64,000 bases of DNA from a virus. Taxonomy: Duplodnaviria; Caudoviricetes. The translations under genes and the position numbers were made by a program. Within the stretch, counting starts at the first letter, position 1. Every line of letters begins with the position of its first letter. This document shows positions 30,801 through 41,900 of the stretch, piece after piece. The notes beneath the pieces were generated by a model. It did no database searches. It saw only the letters and a list, made by a program, of their open reading frames with translations, and was not told the DNA's origin. The stretch lies in the IMG/VR virus record IMGVR_UViG_2711768077_000003, positions 1,191-65,190 of that record. One strand, given 5' to 3'.

Positions 30801-33800
30801 AAAAGCTGTTCGAAATCTTCAAGTTCGAAATTCGCGGCATCGCATTCTATCCGGCCAGCAAGGCCTGGCCCGACAATCCGCCCGCCATCGGGATCGCTGG
30901 ACAGATCTCTTTCCTCGAAGCTGGCGATGTCGTCTCCTCCGAAATCAGCTTCCACGAAATCCTGATCGCTTTGCCGGAACCGGGCGGCGATCTTCCGTTG
31001 CCGCGGATTCGCGCGGACGGGCTTTCGATGCTACTGCGCATTGGCGGCGTGGCGCAGGTCGAGGCGACTGCCCTCGCCGTAGATGGCTCGATCCCGTCGC
31101 TTTACGCCCCCGTGGCGCTTCCGGCCGATGTGACAGCCAAGGGCTTTCTCGCCTCCGGTCGGATCGACATCGTCGGGCTTGGCGCCTTTGGCGGCGCGAT
31201 GGGCGTGCTGGAGCTGAAAAAGAACAACCAAGTCAAACACGCAATGTTCATCTATGGCCAGGCCGAGAAGCTGACAGAGCGGATCGACACGCCGATCGGC
31301 CCGCTGTTCATCCGCGAGGTCGGCTTCGGCTTTGGCAAGAATTATACTCTGTCGGCCTTGGCCGGTGCGGACGAGGCCAAGACGCCGCGCGAATTGGTCA
31401 CGACACTGGACCGTTTGTCGAAGGTTCAGGGGAACCTTACGAACTTCAATGCCTGGACACCGCAATTCGACAAGGACGCCCTGACGCTGGCCCTGCGGGG
31501 GATGATCTCTGTCGCGGCCACCTCGACCAGTTCCGCCTCTTACGATGCGGACGGTGAGGCTAAGGTGTCGAACCCGTTGCTGATGGATATCGTCCTGGCG
31601 CTGCGCACCGATCTGACGTTCTTCGTCAACGTCCGCGGATGGCTCGCCACCAACTACAATGACTGGTTCATCGCCCCGTCGGGGGCAGAGTTCAAGGAAC
31701 GCCCGACGCTGCGCGGCTATCTGTATTTCTCGGTGCCGCGCAAAGAGTTCCTGGCGCGCTTCCTGTCCGACCCGACGGGGATCGTCGGCAAGCATCCGGA
31801 ACTGCCCGACGCACTGGTCAAGGCCATTGAGGGCACTCGATTCGCAGCAACGCTGTATATCCGTCCGGGCCTATATCACACCGAACTCGGCTGGCCCTAC
31901 GAATTGGGGTTTGAGTTGGGCAAGCCAACGGACAATTTCTATCTCTCGCTGTCCGCTGGTCTCGTGTTCCGGATCGAGGACGCGACAATGCTCTATGGCG
32001 TCGCGTTCAAGGCTTCGGGCCTGATGCAGTTCGGCGGAGAGGTGGGCAACGCCAACTTTGGCGCCAGCGCCACGGCCCGGGCGGATTTCCTGCTGGGCGC
32101 TCGCTTTATTGCCTATCTGGCACCGTTGAACCCCCGGGATACCCTGTTCTACGGCGAGGTCTACTTGGGCCTTACCTTGAAATTCTCGGTATCGGTCTGG
32201 CTGTCGTTCAAGGTGTTCCGAAAGCGGTTCACGCTTCGGATCGGCTTTTCCATCGGCCTGACCATCGAGATCGCCGCCGAGGTTGTGCTGTCCGGCCAGG
32301 GGCTGGGTGCGCGGGTTTATGCGTCGGTGGGTGTGCAAGGCTTCGGCCGGTCACTGTCTGTGGGTGTCGGATTTAGCTTTGGCGACAGCGCGCTGGACCG
32401 GGCGCGCGGCCGGGTCGCGCGGTTCATGCAGCTGGGCCTGGGCATCGACCCGCCGCGCGAAGAGACGCTGCTAGCCCCGGCACCCGCCGCCGAACCGGCA
32501 CGGAGCGAGCGGGCGAAAGAAGCGGACCGTTCGATCAGCGAAAGACACCCGCCGCAACCGCCGAATGCGCCACTGCCCGACCCGGTTACTGTGGAGCCAG
32601 CGAAGGGCCGGCAAATCGAGGGCACCGATTTCTGGGCGGTTCTCTTGCACGCCGGCAAGGATCCGAATGGCGAGGACACCTATCTGATCCAGCTCATCCC
32701 GCGCGATCATTCCGAAAGAGTGCGTGACACCGCCACTTTCTATGCGGAACCGTGGTTCATCAAGGATCAGAAGGAGGGCGCAAAGACGGCCGGGGCAACG
32801 AAGGGCCGCACCGAGGGCGACTACAAGATAAAGCTGACTACGGATATTGACGGGCTGAAATATTTCGGGCGCCTTGCGGAAGGCGACCCCAAGGCCCCCG
32901 CAACGCTGACGGCCATCAAGAAAGATGTCGAACTTCAGCTTTTCGCCAATCTTGCGCGTCCGGTCGGGGAAACCGAAAACGGCGACCTGGACCTGAATTT
33001 CCTGCTGACCGAGTGTTTCCTGGCGCATCCCGACAGCGTTCCCGGCGAGTTGGCGGAGTTTGGCTTTGGCGAGTCCCTGCCGGTCCAGCACACGCATCCT
33101 GACGCATTCGTGGACATCCCGCCTCGCCAGTCACGGGACAACCAGGCGCAGCGCTTCGCGGCCACGGATCCCGTCCTGGAGGCTTCGGTGATCGCCGAGG
33201 AAAAGCGCAGCGCGCTGATCAACAAGATCGGCGAAAGCGCCTTTGCGCTGGCTGAACGTGCGCGGGACCGCTCCGGCGCCGAGGACGCGGTTCGACTGGT
33301 ACAAGAGACCGAAACGCTGAATGCGGTGGATTTCGGCCTAACCTTCCTTCTCAAGGCGTCAAACCTGGACTTGTTCGAAAAAGACGGCAAGGCCCGGCTG
33401 GAGCTTTACAAGCGGGTTGGGGACTATTCGGCCGGTAACGAGCCGGACTGGGATTTCGTCAAATGCTCTGTTGAACTGCTTAATCATCCCGACGAGTCGT
33501 TCGAGGCGACCGAGCCCCGGCTGGACGATGCGCGGGTTGAATTGGCCGACGACGGGTATCGTTTGTACTGGGATCTCGAACCGGCGTTCGGGTCTTCTGC
33601 CGAGCTTGGCTTCGCCAAGGACCCCGAAACCCGGCTGGCTTTTTACGAGATAGAGCGCAGTTTCGAAGGCGCGGACATCGCGATGACGGCGCAGTTCCGG
33701 ACCAAGAGCGCGACCCCGCAGCAGCACAATTTTGACCCTGTCACCAACACCGTCGTCGTTAGCCGTTCGCGCGCTGCGCTGCATTTGACCGACGATCTAA

Positions 33801-36800
33801 GCCAGGGCGGCGTCCCCGAAGCGCTGCGTGCGCAGCTCTTTGGAACGCCCTTGCCCAAGGGTGCCAGCGCCCGTGCGATCTGGACCGCGGCCTTTGGAGC
33901 GTCGCCGCAGGCATCGGTGGTCTACAAGGTGACGGCCGTGGACGTTCTGGGCACGCGCACAGGGCTGCGAGTGCTGGAACGGACAATCGCGCGCCCGCCC
34001 TTGGACGTGCGTCCGCCGCTGTCCGTCGAATTGGCCGTCAGCTTCGAGGGCGAACTTCCAAAACTGCAACAGGATGCGGACCCACAGATCGACCTGACGC
34101 TAATCTATGAAGATGTCGAGCATTTTGCCGCCGCACAAGATCAGCCGCTGCAATTGCGGGTCCGGTCACACACGCTCTTGGGCGGGGGAGAATACGGTGC
34201 CGACGCGGTGGACGACGCCAAATCGCGTCCTGGCCAGGCGGATATCGATACCAAACGCGAGCGCGACGTAGATCTGTTCTTGGTTCCGGATGGCGGGGGG
34301 GCGCTGAAGGTCAAGCTTGGCTTGGCAGAAGGCGCTTCTTCGAAAGGGCTTCCCAAGGACAGGCGGTACAATCTGACTTTGGTGCCGAACGGCACGGCCG
34401 TAGCCGATCCCGCGCTTGAACTGCGTAGGGCGCTGCACATCCCGAAAACGGCCGGCACCGCCCAGGACCTGCGCGCCTGCCGCGCCTTCCTGCGCAGTTT
34501 CGGGAAACTCTATATCGACCCCACCCCCTGGCTCTATGTCGAAACGCTACTGCGCGCGGAAAAGACCGTTCCGCAGGCCGACAGCGTAGAGGAGGTCAGG
34601 GAATTTGCAGCCGTCGTCGAGGCCCTGGAGACACCGCTGTCGCTTCCGTTCCTTGCGCTCGAACAGAACCAGATCGAGCGCAACGCCGGGCGGCTGGAAC
34701 TCGTCTATCCCGTCGAGGGCGCCGAACTAAAACATCTGGCTGAACAAGCTGGGCCGGTGGTGACGCGTCGGCGGCTTGATCCCGAGCGGCGGGCGGCGAT
34801 TCGCCTGGACTTCAACGCCTCCGGCGCCCGGCTTGCCAAAGCCTCCGGAACCCGGCTGGCGTCGCTGGTGGCGGGTTACGACGTGTTTGTTGTCGACCCT
34901 GCGCGACTACGTTCGCTAGGCGGCAAAGATGGGCCAACTGCCGACCAGGTCGCCGCCGAAGCGCGCAAGCGGACTACGGTCAAGGTCCTGCCCCGCACCC
35001 TTGCCGGAACCTCGCCGTCTGCCCTGCCCGACACCCGCTCGATCGAGGTGCGCTATCCATCGGACACCGCCCGGACCGATCCCGAGCAGCTCAATGGCCG
35101 TACGCACGCGCCATGGTTCTCTGCCGCGGAAAGCCTCGTCGCCTTCCCGCGCCGCTGCCTGCGGCGGTCGCTGTTCCCCGCGCCGGAAGAGGCGATGATT
35201 TCGGAATTGCTGGCAGAACGGAAGGTGCGGAAGATTGACTTCGCGCTGACGCCGCTTCCAGGCGGTCTGCCGGATGAGCCATTAAGCCGCGCGAAGTGGC
35301 TTGCCAATGCACCGGTCGAGGTGAAGCGTGACATCGCACATCCCAATGCGGAAAAGCCTGCTCCTAAGGTCAAAGCGACCGCAGAGAGCGACGGCGACAT
35401 CATCACTTGGACCTACGAGAGCGACGATGACATTACCGTAGCCGAGGTGAGGGCCATCCTGCGGGGCTTGGTCATCCAGCCCGATGAAGTTGTCGAAGAC
35501 GCCTATCGCGCCTGGCGCGCGAGTGGCTCGAACCCGGGCTTGGCAAATCAGTTCCGGTTGCGCGTGGCGATCACCGCGACGGACGATCAAGGCAGCGCGG
35601 CTGAAAGCCATACCGAAGTCGATCTGGCCAGCAGCCTGCATCCGGTTCTGGCCGACACGCTCGATGCACTCAACTATATGCCGTACGACGAAAAGACGGC
35701 TGGGGCGGTCTATCGCGCCTTCGAGGTCGTGCGAGAGCCGGTGCCACCCCTGGAGACGGACGGGCTGGACACTTTTCTTGACGCCCGCGCGCCCTCTGCC
35801 GATCCCTACGGCTGGGGCGTTCTGCGCGCGATGGGACTTGCCGAAGGGGTGCGCATCTATGACGTCGACCGGGCGCAATTCCTGAAGGGTCAGGCGCTGT
35901 TCGATCATGTGGACAGGGTTCTGACGGAGGCGCTGAAACGGTACGACGTCGCGCCGCTGGGCCATCCGTTTGTCGAACTTGTCGACGTGCCGGACGATTT
36001 CATGGGCATCAGCTCTTTCGATGGCCGCGCGGAAGCCCCTGCAGAGGACACCCAGCGTATCCGCGCCGGCGATACCTCAATCCTGCAGATCGGCCTGCGC
36101 CCCCACGCAGACCGGCTGAGCGTGCCAGAGCCACCGGTGCGGTATCTTGTCTGTTCGCGCGTGGACGACAAGGCGCTTGCACCCGAAAAATTGACGTTTC
36201 CGGCCGACCAGGGCTCGGCGCTGATCGATACCGTCGGTCTGCCGCTGGAGCAGGGCGCCGGCGCAGCGCGGTTCGCGGTCGGCAACGCGTCCTCAATCGT
36301 ATTCCCGGGCCAACCGGAACTTCGGATCCCAGGTGGCGCGCAGATTTACTATGATCGCCTGTCGCGCCTCGTAAAGGGCCGGCCCGCGGTGCTGATCCGT
36401 GTGGCGGCGGTGGAAACCGGGTTCAAGTTCGGCGCCTTCCGCGACGCGTTGCAGCAGGCCATCGACCCGGCTCGACTGACGATATCGCCGTGGATCGACA
36501 CGCTGGACGATTGGACCGACACGCGAGACAAGGAGGGCACGTTGGGAGGCAACCCGTTCGATGTCTTTCCGCCGCTCGACGGGGCGCTATTGCGCGTCAT
36601 GCTCGACCTTCCGATCGCCGGGTCCAGCGACGAAACCCAGGCCTCGCGCTTCAAGTCTTGGCTGCCGCCGCGGCACAATCCGGCCAACGATTCTGCCGCG
36701 TTCGACGCGACAGCCTTCGCGGCGCGGTTTGGTGCGTGGTCGGAACGGTTCCTGCGGCACGGCGCGGCGATCAAGGGCCGCGGCGCCGCCACGAGTCACA

Positions 36801-38965
36801 TCGGCTTTGCCTTTGCCGCGCTGACCACCGGCGAAAGCTATGCCCGCACGCCCGATCAGAACGGTCGCGTCAGCGTGTTCATGATCGACCAGTCCCGCCT
36901 TGGCCGCGAGCGGTATTTCGCGATCCGGCCGTTCGGGCGTTATGTGTCTATCGAACAGGCGGCCAATGGCGGCGGCGAACGTCCCGTCACGCTGGAAGGT
37001 GCGCTGCATACTGACTGGCAGCGTCAGTTCGCCTCGGTGTCGCTGCCGCGATCTAAGCCCTTGGACCCGCCCGCTATCCTGTCCACCGCCCGCGCCGAGT
37101 CCGACGAAATCCGGCAAACGCGAGGCGTGGAACTTGTCGTCGCGCGCACCGCCGATCAGATCGTTTCCACCGCGAACCTGCGGGCCGAGCGGGCACTGCA
37201 GGGTGCGTGGACCGGCCTGGAACTGCGCGCCAGCTACCCCGCGCTGGATATCGCCCGCGCTTTATTGGGGAACAAGGACTTCGAGGCCTTCGAAGACTTT
37301 GACGACTGCGATTTTGGCGCCGACACGATGAAGCCGGGTGACATGAGCATCATGACGCCCGAGGACCTCGCACGGCTGGGCGAACGCGCGCCCGACGCCT
37401 GGCGCGGCGCGATCCGGTACGAAGTGGCTGGCGCCCCGCCGTTCTTTGATCTGATCGCGATGGTGCACCAGTCGGCGGGTGTCGTGGTCTCGGACGTCTC
37501 TGCGGTGCCGCTGCCTTCGTCCGGTGCCGTGCTGCGCTTGCCGCCGCGCGAGAAGGGCGGCGGCGTGCGGCACCACGTCCCGGCGAAAGTTCCGACGTGG
37601 CGTTTCGATTACGTCGAGGACGACGGCACGCTGAAGGCACAGGTCACCTTCGACCTTCCCATGGTGCGCAATATCGATCTCATGCCGGACGTCGACATCA
37701 CCGCCTGGACGGGCGACGACCCCGCCAAGGTCGCCACCGTCTACCGGCTGCCGGATGCGCAGGCGAGCTATCGTATCAGCACCCTGGCCCCGGACCTCGC
37801 CACAGCCACGCCGCTTATCGAGGTGCTGCCCGCGCAGGAGGTCAAGAACCCATTGGCCAGTCTCTATCACCCGATGCTCCTGTCCAACAGCTTCGACGCG
37901 GTGGCAAAGACAGTGACGCTGTCAGGGCAGAAGCCTGAACCTTACTGGAACTGGCGCCTGAGACTGACCGCCACGCTGCCCTCTGGAAAAGCACCGGAGG
38001 AGATCCATCTGCCCGATCCAACTGCCGATGGCAAAGGCGGCTTCACCAACCTTCCGACCGATTTCGACGCAGAGGTGTGGCTGCTTTGGGCCCCGCAGCG
38101 GACGTTCGAATTCATCGTCGAAGACCTGGATGGAGTGGCCGATCTGGTAAGTGCCCTAACAGCCTATGACGATGTGCCCGGAGTGGCCAAGATGATCACG
38201 GACCTGACGGCCGCGGGCGAAGGGGACAAGATCACCGCGGCCCTCCCGCTCGGTCTGGCGCCAGACGTGTCGGGGGTCACGGGCGCGGGCGCGACCGAGG
38301 GCGCGTTCACCTTTCCCGACAAGCTGGAGGCCGGGATCCCCGTTTCCGCCGCGCGGCGCAGCCGCGGTTGGGCGGAACACCTGCCCGGCAAGACCCGCGA
38401 CCTAGTGAACCGGATCATGAGGGCCCTTGGTGAGCTTCGCCGCCGGCAGTTGCCGACCGGCAAGTCGGGACTGACCGCCGTCTACCGGCGGACCGAGGTC
38501 AGTAGCAAGATCAGCGGTCTAGCCGCGCCCTACGCGCATTTCCGGTTGCTGCGCTACAAAGCGGATGACGGCACAGGGATCACGGACTCGCAGTTGCTTA
38601 CTCTGATCGACGCGCTGGAGGCGGCGCCGAGCAGCGACGAGCGCATTCGGGCACGGGCGCTGGACACCCTGGAACTTGCGCAAACGCCCGCCGCCGAGGT
38701 GACGATCGTCTGGCCGGTGGCGGACAAAGCTGTCGCCGTCAAGGACCTGACCAGCGCGGCGGTTTCGGATTCGATCTTCGCCGGTGTTCACTGGCTTCCG
38801 GACCGGGCAGAGCAGGACAACGTGCCCGCAAAGATAAAGGACATCGTGCGTGGCGCCATCCGCGAACGGGTGATCGGCGAAGGCGCGCGGCTGCGGCTAT
38901 CGGCCTACCGCGGCAACGCGCAGGCCGACACGGCGCTAATCGACCTGACTCTCGGCACGGAGTAA
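27893..38965 (+). CDS. Giant hypothetical protein (about 3690 aa); beta-rich DUF6603-like region plus FN3-like segments
   Basis: Uninterrupted 11-kb ORF with RBS ggaagga; no signal peptide; domain calls by eye only. Confidence 0.85.
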   Translation: MAEIQIFGDGAVTVVLVAEISASSARVTGLIVRLAGNEATVTLAEAIENIHVKLLFFENEDGKFGPPRDELPSIKEAAALGLAAARAKLRAELASVEIREKGIFGFPAGFAKASMSIRFADSADGSLGFRLDARTRLDVSAQFALEQYAMVTANAELEARITVASEDVLASLELLVPTLPNLGFKLRDVALPTLSFYDLNGVDIKIGSLTALKLPLPEWLPNISVEGGAPFTVSADAGNGAFGLNATTDIDVLLDSNEIAKIEDFAISLDGGTIKVAGKVTAEHDTPINKRFEFGGGDLPVRVQVAVKNVTAAFDGGAGALAVTWTFEEIAVEATDDPGARIAVALDLVTVTTLSSGETSWDAANAKLLDLGADVTFEVPDLNIIDGLMNLRLGFLADAAGALAEFLDRLARLLAAVLRYMARAVGAVTGLLSEVAKALAGLLADGLRKLLELLDKVGDVVTLELRLDAATLRPLQVVVLPVNADPKPVDIGSSLLRVTADHRFVPGMILDFVNHWQGLALLREPDLNVNPQVTISTDLWLGSDTDEAGTIPVESPDPLISVSATAKDPNAAEAIVIAALSRGRGKFFQTFGAERKKAEKNKNGVITFTSVGAISDLKALSTDNFLFKLDAERLKNKITALMPQGPPESGSDKLAQFIDIEEFTFDPDSAPKFKGNLKVRIRIPTTGNNEILIPLEISAVLDIETLELTLDADEEIIIQSKAIDEVIYGFGLILAPVGYDKDKTVVGDLFKIGFKKGDLSLELAAGAKALLSYDQLSGDGASLAFEATEFAIDRGGLDLIARVMADRPVRLGGLDQPFRFNRGSISIQGGVLQGGTISGYGPMPPALIGEAKAEIDLVFGRRNGNLALVAANAKLEKEGEPLYSTGTRFRVVLDALGLGFVDPVVGPTQFYFQLWGSASFEPEIGAFDGGLLENLKSVAIRLEGAPLTGDGRELIKHISFLVELDPPLREKLFEIFKFEIRGIAFYPASKAWPDNPPAIGIAGQISFLEAGDVVSSEISFHEILIALPEPGGDLPLPRIRADGLSMLLRIGGVAQVEATALAVDGSIPSLYAPVALPADVTAKGFLASGRIDIVGLGAFGGAMGVLELKKNNQVKHAMFIYGQAEKLTERIDTPIGPLFIREVGFGFGKNYTLSALAGADEAKTPRELVTTLDRLSKVQGNLTNFNAWTPQFDKDALTLALRGMISVAATSTSSASYDADGEAKVSNPLLMDIVLALRTDLTFFVNVRGWLATNYNDWFIAPSGAEFKERPTLRGYLYFSVPRKEFLARFLSDPTGIVGKHPELPDALVKAIEGTRFAATLYIRPGLYHTELGWPYELGFELGKPTDNFYLSLSAGLVFRIEDATMLYGVAFKASGLMQFGGEVGNANFGASATARADFLLGARFIAYLAPLNPRDTLFYGEVYLGLTLKFSVSVWLSFKVFRKRFTLRIGFSIGLTIEIAAEVVLSGQGLGARVYASVGVQGFGRSLSVGVGFSFGDSALDRARGRVARFMQLGLGIDPPREETLLAPAPAAEPARSERAKEADRSISERHPPQPPNAPLPDPVTVEPAKGRQIEGTDFWAVLLHAGKDPNGEDTYLIQLIPRDHSERVRDTATFYAEPWFIKDQKEGAKTAGATKGRTEGDYKIKLTTDIDGLKYFGRLAEGDPKAPATLTAIKKDVELQLFANLARPVGETENGDLDLNFLLTECFLAHPDSVPGELAEFGFGESLPVQHTHPDAFVDIPPRQSRDNQAQRFAATDPVLEASVIAEEKRSALINKIGESAFALAERARDRSGAEDAVRLVQETETLNAVDFGLTFLLKASNLDLFEKDGKARLELYKRVGDYSAGNEPDWDFVKCSVELLNHPDESFEATEPRLDDARVELADDGYRLYWDLEPAFGSSAELGFAKDPETRLAFYEIERSFEGADIAMTAQFRTKSATPQQHNFDPVTNTVVVSRSRAALHLTDDLSQGGVPEALRAQLFGTPLPKGASARAIWTAAFGASPQASVVYKVTAVDVLGTRTGLRVLERTIARPPLDVRPPLSVELAVSFEGELPKLQQDADPQIDLTLIYEDVEHFAAAQDQPLQLRVRSHTLLGGGEYGADAVDDAKSRPGQADIDTKRERDVDLFLVPDGGGALKVKLGLAEGASSKGLPKDRRYNLTLVPNGTAVADPALELRRALHIPKTAGTAQDLRACRAFLRSFGKLYIDPTPWLYVETLLRAEKTVPQADSVEEVREFAAVVEALETPLSLPFLALEQNQIERNAGRLELVYPVEGAELKHLAEQAGPVVTRRRLDPERRAAIRLDFNASGARLAKASGTRLASLVAGYDVFVVDPARLRSLGGKDGPTADQVAAEARKRTTVKVLPRTLAGTSPSALPDTRSIEVRYPSDTARTDPEQLNGRTHAPWFSAAESLVAFPRRCLRRSLFPAPEEAMISELLAERKVRKIDFALTPLPGGLPDEPLSRAKWLANAPVEVKRDIAHPNAEKPAPKVKATAESDGDIITWTYESDDDITVAEVRAILRGLVIQPDEVVEDAYRAWRASGSNPGLANQFRLRVAITATDDQGSAAESHTEVDLASSLHPVLADTLDALNYMPYDEKTAGAVYRAFEVVREPVPPLETDGLDTFLDARAPSADPYGWGVLRAMGLAEGVRIYDVDRAQFLKGQALFDHVDRVLTEALKRYDVAPLGHPFVELVDVPDDFMGISSFDGRAEAPAEDTQRIRAGDTSILQIGLRPHADRLSVPEPPVRYLVCSRVDDKALAPEKLTFPADQGSALIDTVGLPLEQGAGAARFAVGNASSIVFPGQPELRIPGGAQIYYDRLSRLVKGRPAVLIRVAAVETGFKFGAFRDALQQAIDPARLTISPWIDTLDDWTDTRDKEGTLGGNPFDVFPPLDGALLRVMLDLPIAGSSDETQASRFKSWLPPRHNPANDSAAFDATAFAARFGAWSERFLRHGAAIKGRGAATSHIGFAFAALTTGESYARTPDQNGRVSVFMIDQSRLGRERYFAIRPFGRYVSIEQAANGGGERPVTLEGALHTDWQRQFASVSLPRSKPLDPPAILSTARAESDEIRQTRGVELVVARTADQIVSTANLRAERALQGAWTGLELRASYPALDIARALLGNKDFEAFEDFDDCDFGADTMKPGDMSIMTPEDLARLGERAPDAWRGAIRYEVAGAPPFFDLIAMVHQSAGVVVSDVSAVPLPSSGAVLRLPPREKGGGVRHHVPAKVPTWRFDYVEDDGTLKAQVTFDLPMVRNIDLMPDVDITAWTGDDPAKVATVYRLPDAQASYRISTLAPDLATATPLIEVLPAQEVKNPLASLYHPMLLSNSFDAVAKTVTLSGQKPEPYWNWRLRLTATLPSGKAPEEIHLPDPTADGKGGFTNLPTDFDAEVWLLWAPQRTFEFIVEDLDGVADLVSALTAYDDVPGVAKMITDLTAAGEGDKITAALPLGLAPDVSGVTGAGATEGAFTFPDKLEAGIPVSAARRSRGWAEHLPGKTRDLVNRIMRALGELRRRQLPTGKSGLTAVYRRTEVSSKISGLAAPYAHFRLLRYKADDGTGITDSQLLTLIDALEAAPSSDERIRARALDTLELAQTPAAEVTIVWPVADKAVAVKDLTSAAVSDSIFAGVHWLPDRAEQDNVPAKIKDIVRGAIRERVIGEGARLRLSAYRGNAQADTALIDLTLGTE

Positions 38966-38970
38966 GAGAC

Positions 38971-41900
38971 ATGAGCCGACCCCTCCGCTCAATCCTCATC
39001 ATCGGCCCGCGGTGGAAGGACGGCGCACTTTGGACTTTCGATGCCGATCTGTTCATGGAAGTTCCCAAAGCGAAAAAAGAACCGCTGGTCGAACACACTC
39101 CAACCTTGCGCGGACTTGGCGCACGGATCGAGGCCGAGACACGGGTGATCGGAGATCCGGTCGAACTGCACGAGCCGCCTCTTCTGCGCGGGCGACTGGA
39201 CCTCGAGAAACCCGCCTTCGTTCAGCTTCATGGCCCCAAGGATACGCCGCACGGGTTCCACGATGCCGTGCAGCCGACTGGCACCGGCCGTGCCGATGTG
39301 CTGCTCGCCCAGACAGAGCCATGGCCCAACCCTTGGGACTGGCATCACCAGCAAGAACGACCAAACCCCAAGAAACTGATCGTCGTGCCGGACCAGAGGC
39401 TCGTGGCCGGGCGTATTGCCTTGCGTGTTCCGCGGGCAAAGAAGAATAAAAATGGCCTAGCGGAGTTTCTGCATTACAGCCCGGGCAAACACACGATCTT
39501 TCAAGGCCATCCTCTGGTCGGAGACGACGCTGGCAAGGGAACTGGGCCCTTGGTTCGCCTCGTCCCGGATGGGATTGAGATCGATGTGCGCCTTCCCCAT
39601 CCCCTGATCGACATTGTCCCGAACGTTCCCGATACGCTTCCGGTGCGAGTCCGCATCGAACCGGACGGCACCACCGGATTCCTCGCACGCCTAGTCGCCA
39701 TCCTCGACACCGATGGCCCGCCGCCAAACCTCTCCGCACTGTGGCAGAGGGCGTTCAACGCGCTCGAGGAGCAGGAGGCACCGCTGCGAGCGCAAGCCGA
39801 TACCCGCGCCGCCGTGCCGCCATTTGCCTGGCAGCTGTCACAAGACAAGACTGGTCTGCACCTTTACGCGCTCGACAAGTCGGCGGATTGGCGCATCCGG
39901 GTAGATCCGTCGGTTCTGGCGCTGCGCCTGGAAACCGACACGCCGTTCGGTTCTGAAACGCCCGCCGTGGCGAGGTTGGACAGCCTGGACGCAGCGGGCT
40001 CGGCCGATCTGACATTGTGGCGAAAGGGAAAGAAGACGCATCTGGAGTTCCGGTCCGCCGCCAACCCCGATCCGTCCAAGGATCGGCCGGAAATAACGGC
40101 AACCTATGGAGGGGGCGAGAAATACGAGCTCAAGACGCTGGCCACGCCGTCCTTGGAGGTCTACGTCCCGATCGCCGAGGCAGGCGCCCGCCGCGCCGTG
40201 CCGGACACTGTGCCGGATTGGGCGTTTCTTCCGGTCAGAGACGGGACCCTGCAGATCGCCGCCGCCCCCTTCGTGCCCGAAGAACAGGCCAATCCGCTGC
40301 CCAGCGCATCCTCGCTGATCGGTAATTGTGTCTTCCGTCAGACGCATCTGGCAATGGCAGTCGACGGGGCAGAGGACGTGAACGTTTCGGTCAGTTGGAC
40401 CGCCACCGCGGCTGGCGCCATCGCACTGAACTTCGCGGCCCCGTATGGGGCCCTGCGCGAAGCTCTGTGGTCGGCGGAAGAGGCGCCCACCAGCGAGCGG
40501 CTGCTGCCGACCGGCCGCACTGATCCGGGCCATCTGCGCGAATTACCCGCGAGGTTCGGCTCCGGGATCGCGCGGAACGCCAGCCTTCAGCTGACGCCGA
40601 CGGGCGGCGCGTGGAGCCTGACGCTGGACGGGACCATGGCACAGTCGATCCCCGCGATCCACTGGACCGCGATTGTCGGGCTGCCCCTGATCCCGGCCGT
40701 CCCGATGCTGGCCAGCGGCGCCGAGACGCGGCCGTCCGACATGCGGGCGGTGGTGCCCGTGGAACTGGATGGTATCATCCGCCTTGAGTCGGACGGTAGC
40801 ACCGCGCTGGCAAAGGTCGCGAACGACCCCGTCAAGACGCCGTCCGTCACCTGGCCTTGGGTCGAAAAGGCGGATCTGCCTGCCTGGGGCGTGCCGTCGG
40901 TGAACTTCGTTTCACCCACGGCGCCGGGGCTTGACTATGCCTGGGCGCCCGGAACACGGCCCGGCCGGGACAGCTTCGACGTCTCTTTGCGCTTCGATCT
41001 ACCGATCCTCGACGAGCTATATGCCCAACCCGACCCCGAAGCCGAGGCCGGCACCGCGGCCGACACGCCGCCGCCCCCGGCGCCGGTGACCGGAGTGCTC
41101 GATCTTGCGCAGATATCCCTGCTGTGGTCGCAGCGCGCCTTTGCCCTTGCCACGACGCGCACTCAAGGCGTGCGGGCCACAGCCTGGGCCGGCCACGGCG
41201 TGCCCGTGGACGGCCCCATCGCACTGGCCGCGCCCTATAGTGCGGACGCCACGGTGACCTTTGTCCGCGACTATGCGTTCCCCTCGGGCAACCTGCCGCT
41301 GGGCGGTTACAGCCTAACGTGGGATCGCGTGAAACCAACGCCCTTCAGCGGTGAGACGGCGCTGCTTGGCCCGATGGGCGGTGAGGATGAGCCGCTCGCA
41401 CTGGGCCTCACGGAGGAGGACGGGGCCCTGCATCCCAAGGGCGGCAAGGATGTTGCTACGCTGAAACTGGCCGGGTTTGCGCCCGACGCCTATCTCGACA
41501 AGAGTCTTGAGAACGACGATCCCACCAGTCTGTCCGATACGCGTGGCACCGCGATGGCGCGCGCCCGGACAACGAAGGACGGCGTGTCCCGCCCCGCCCG
41601 GTTCCGCGACCGCGATGGGAACGGCAAGGTCCGGTCCAAAGGGCGCGATCTGGTGACGTGGAACGATGCAATTGTCGTGAAGGGACTTGGATCTGACGCC
41701 CTGTTCTGGGTGCGCGACCTGCCGCATGACGAAGACGGCGTGTTCGACGGCACGAAGAACCCCGTAGAGGGTCGGCTCGGTCCGGACCCGACCCCCTTCG
41801 CGGCCAGAGCCTTGCAGGATGCCTTATACGAATGGCGCCTGTTCGAACGGCGGGCTGAGATGGAGAGCGCCGATTTCTCGATCCGGCACAATGGGCTGAC

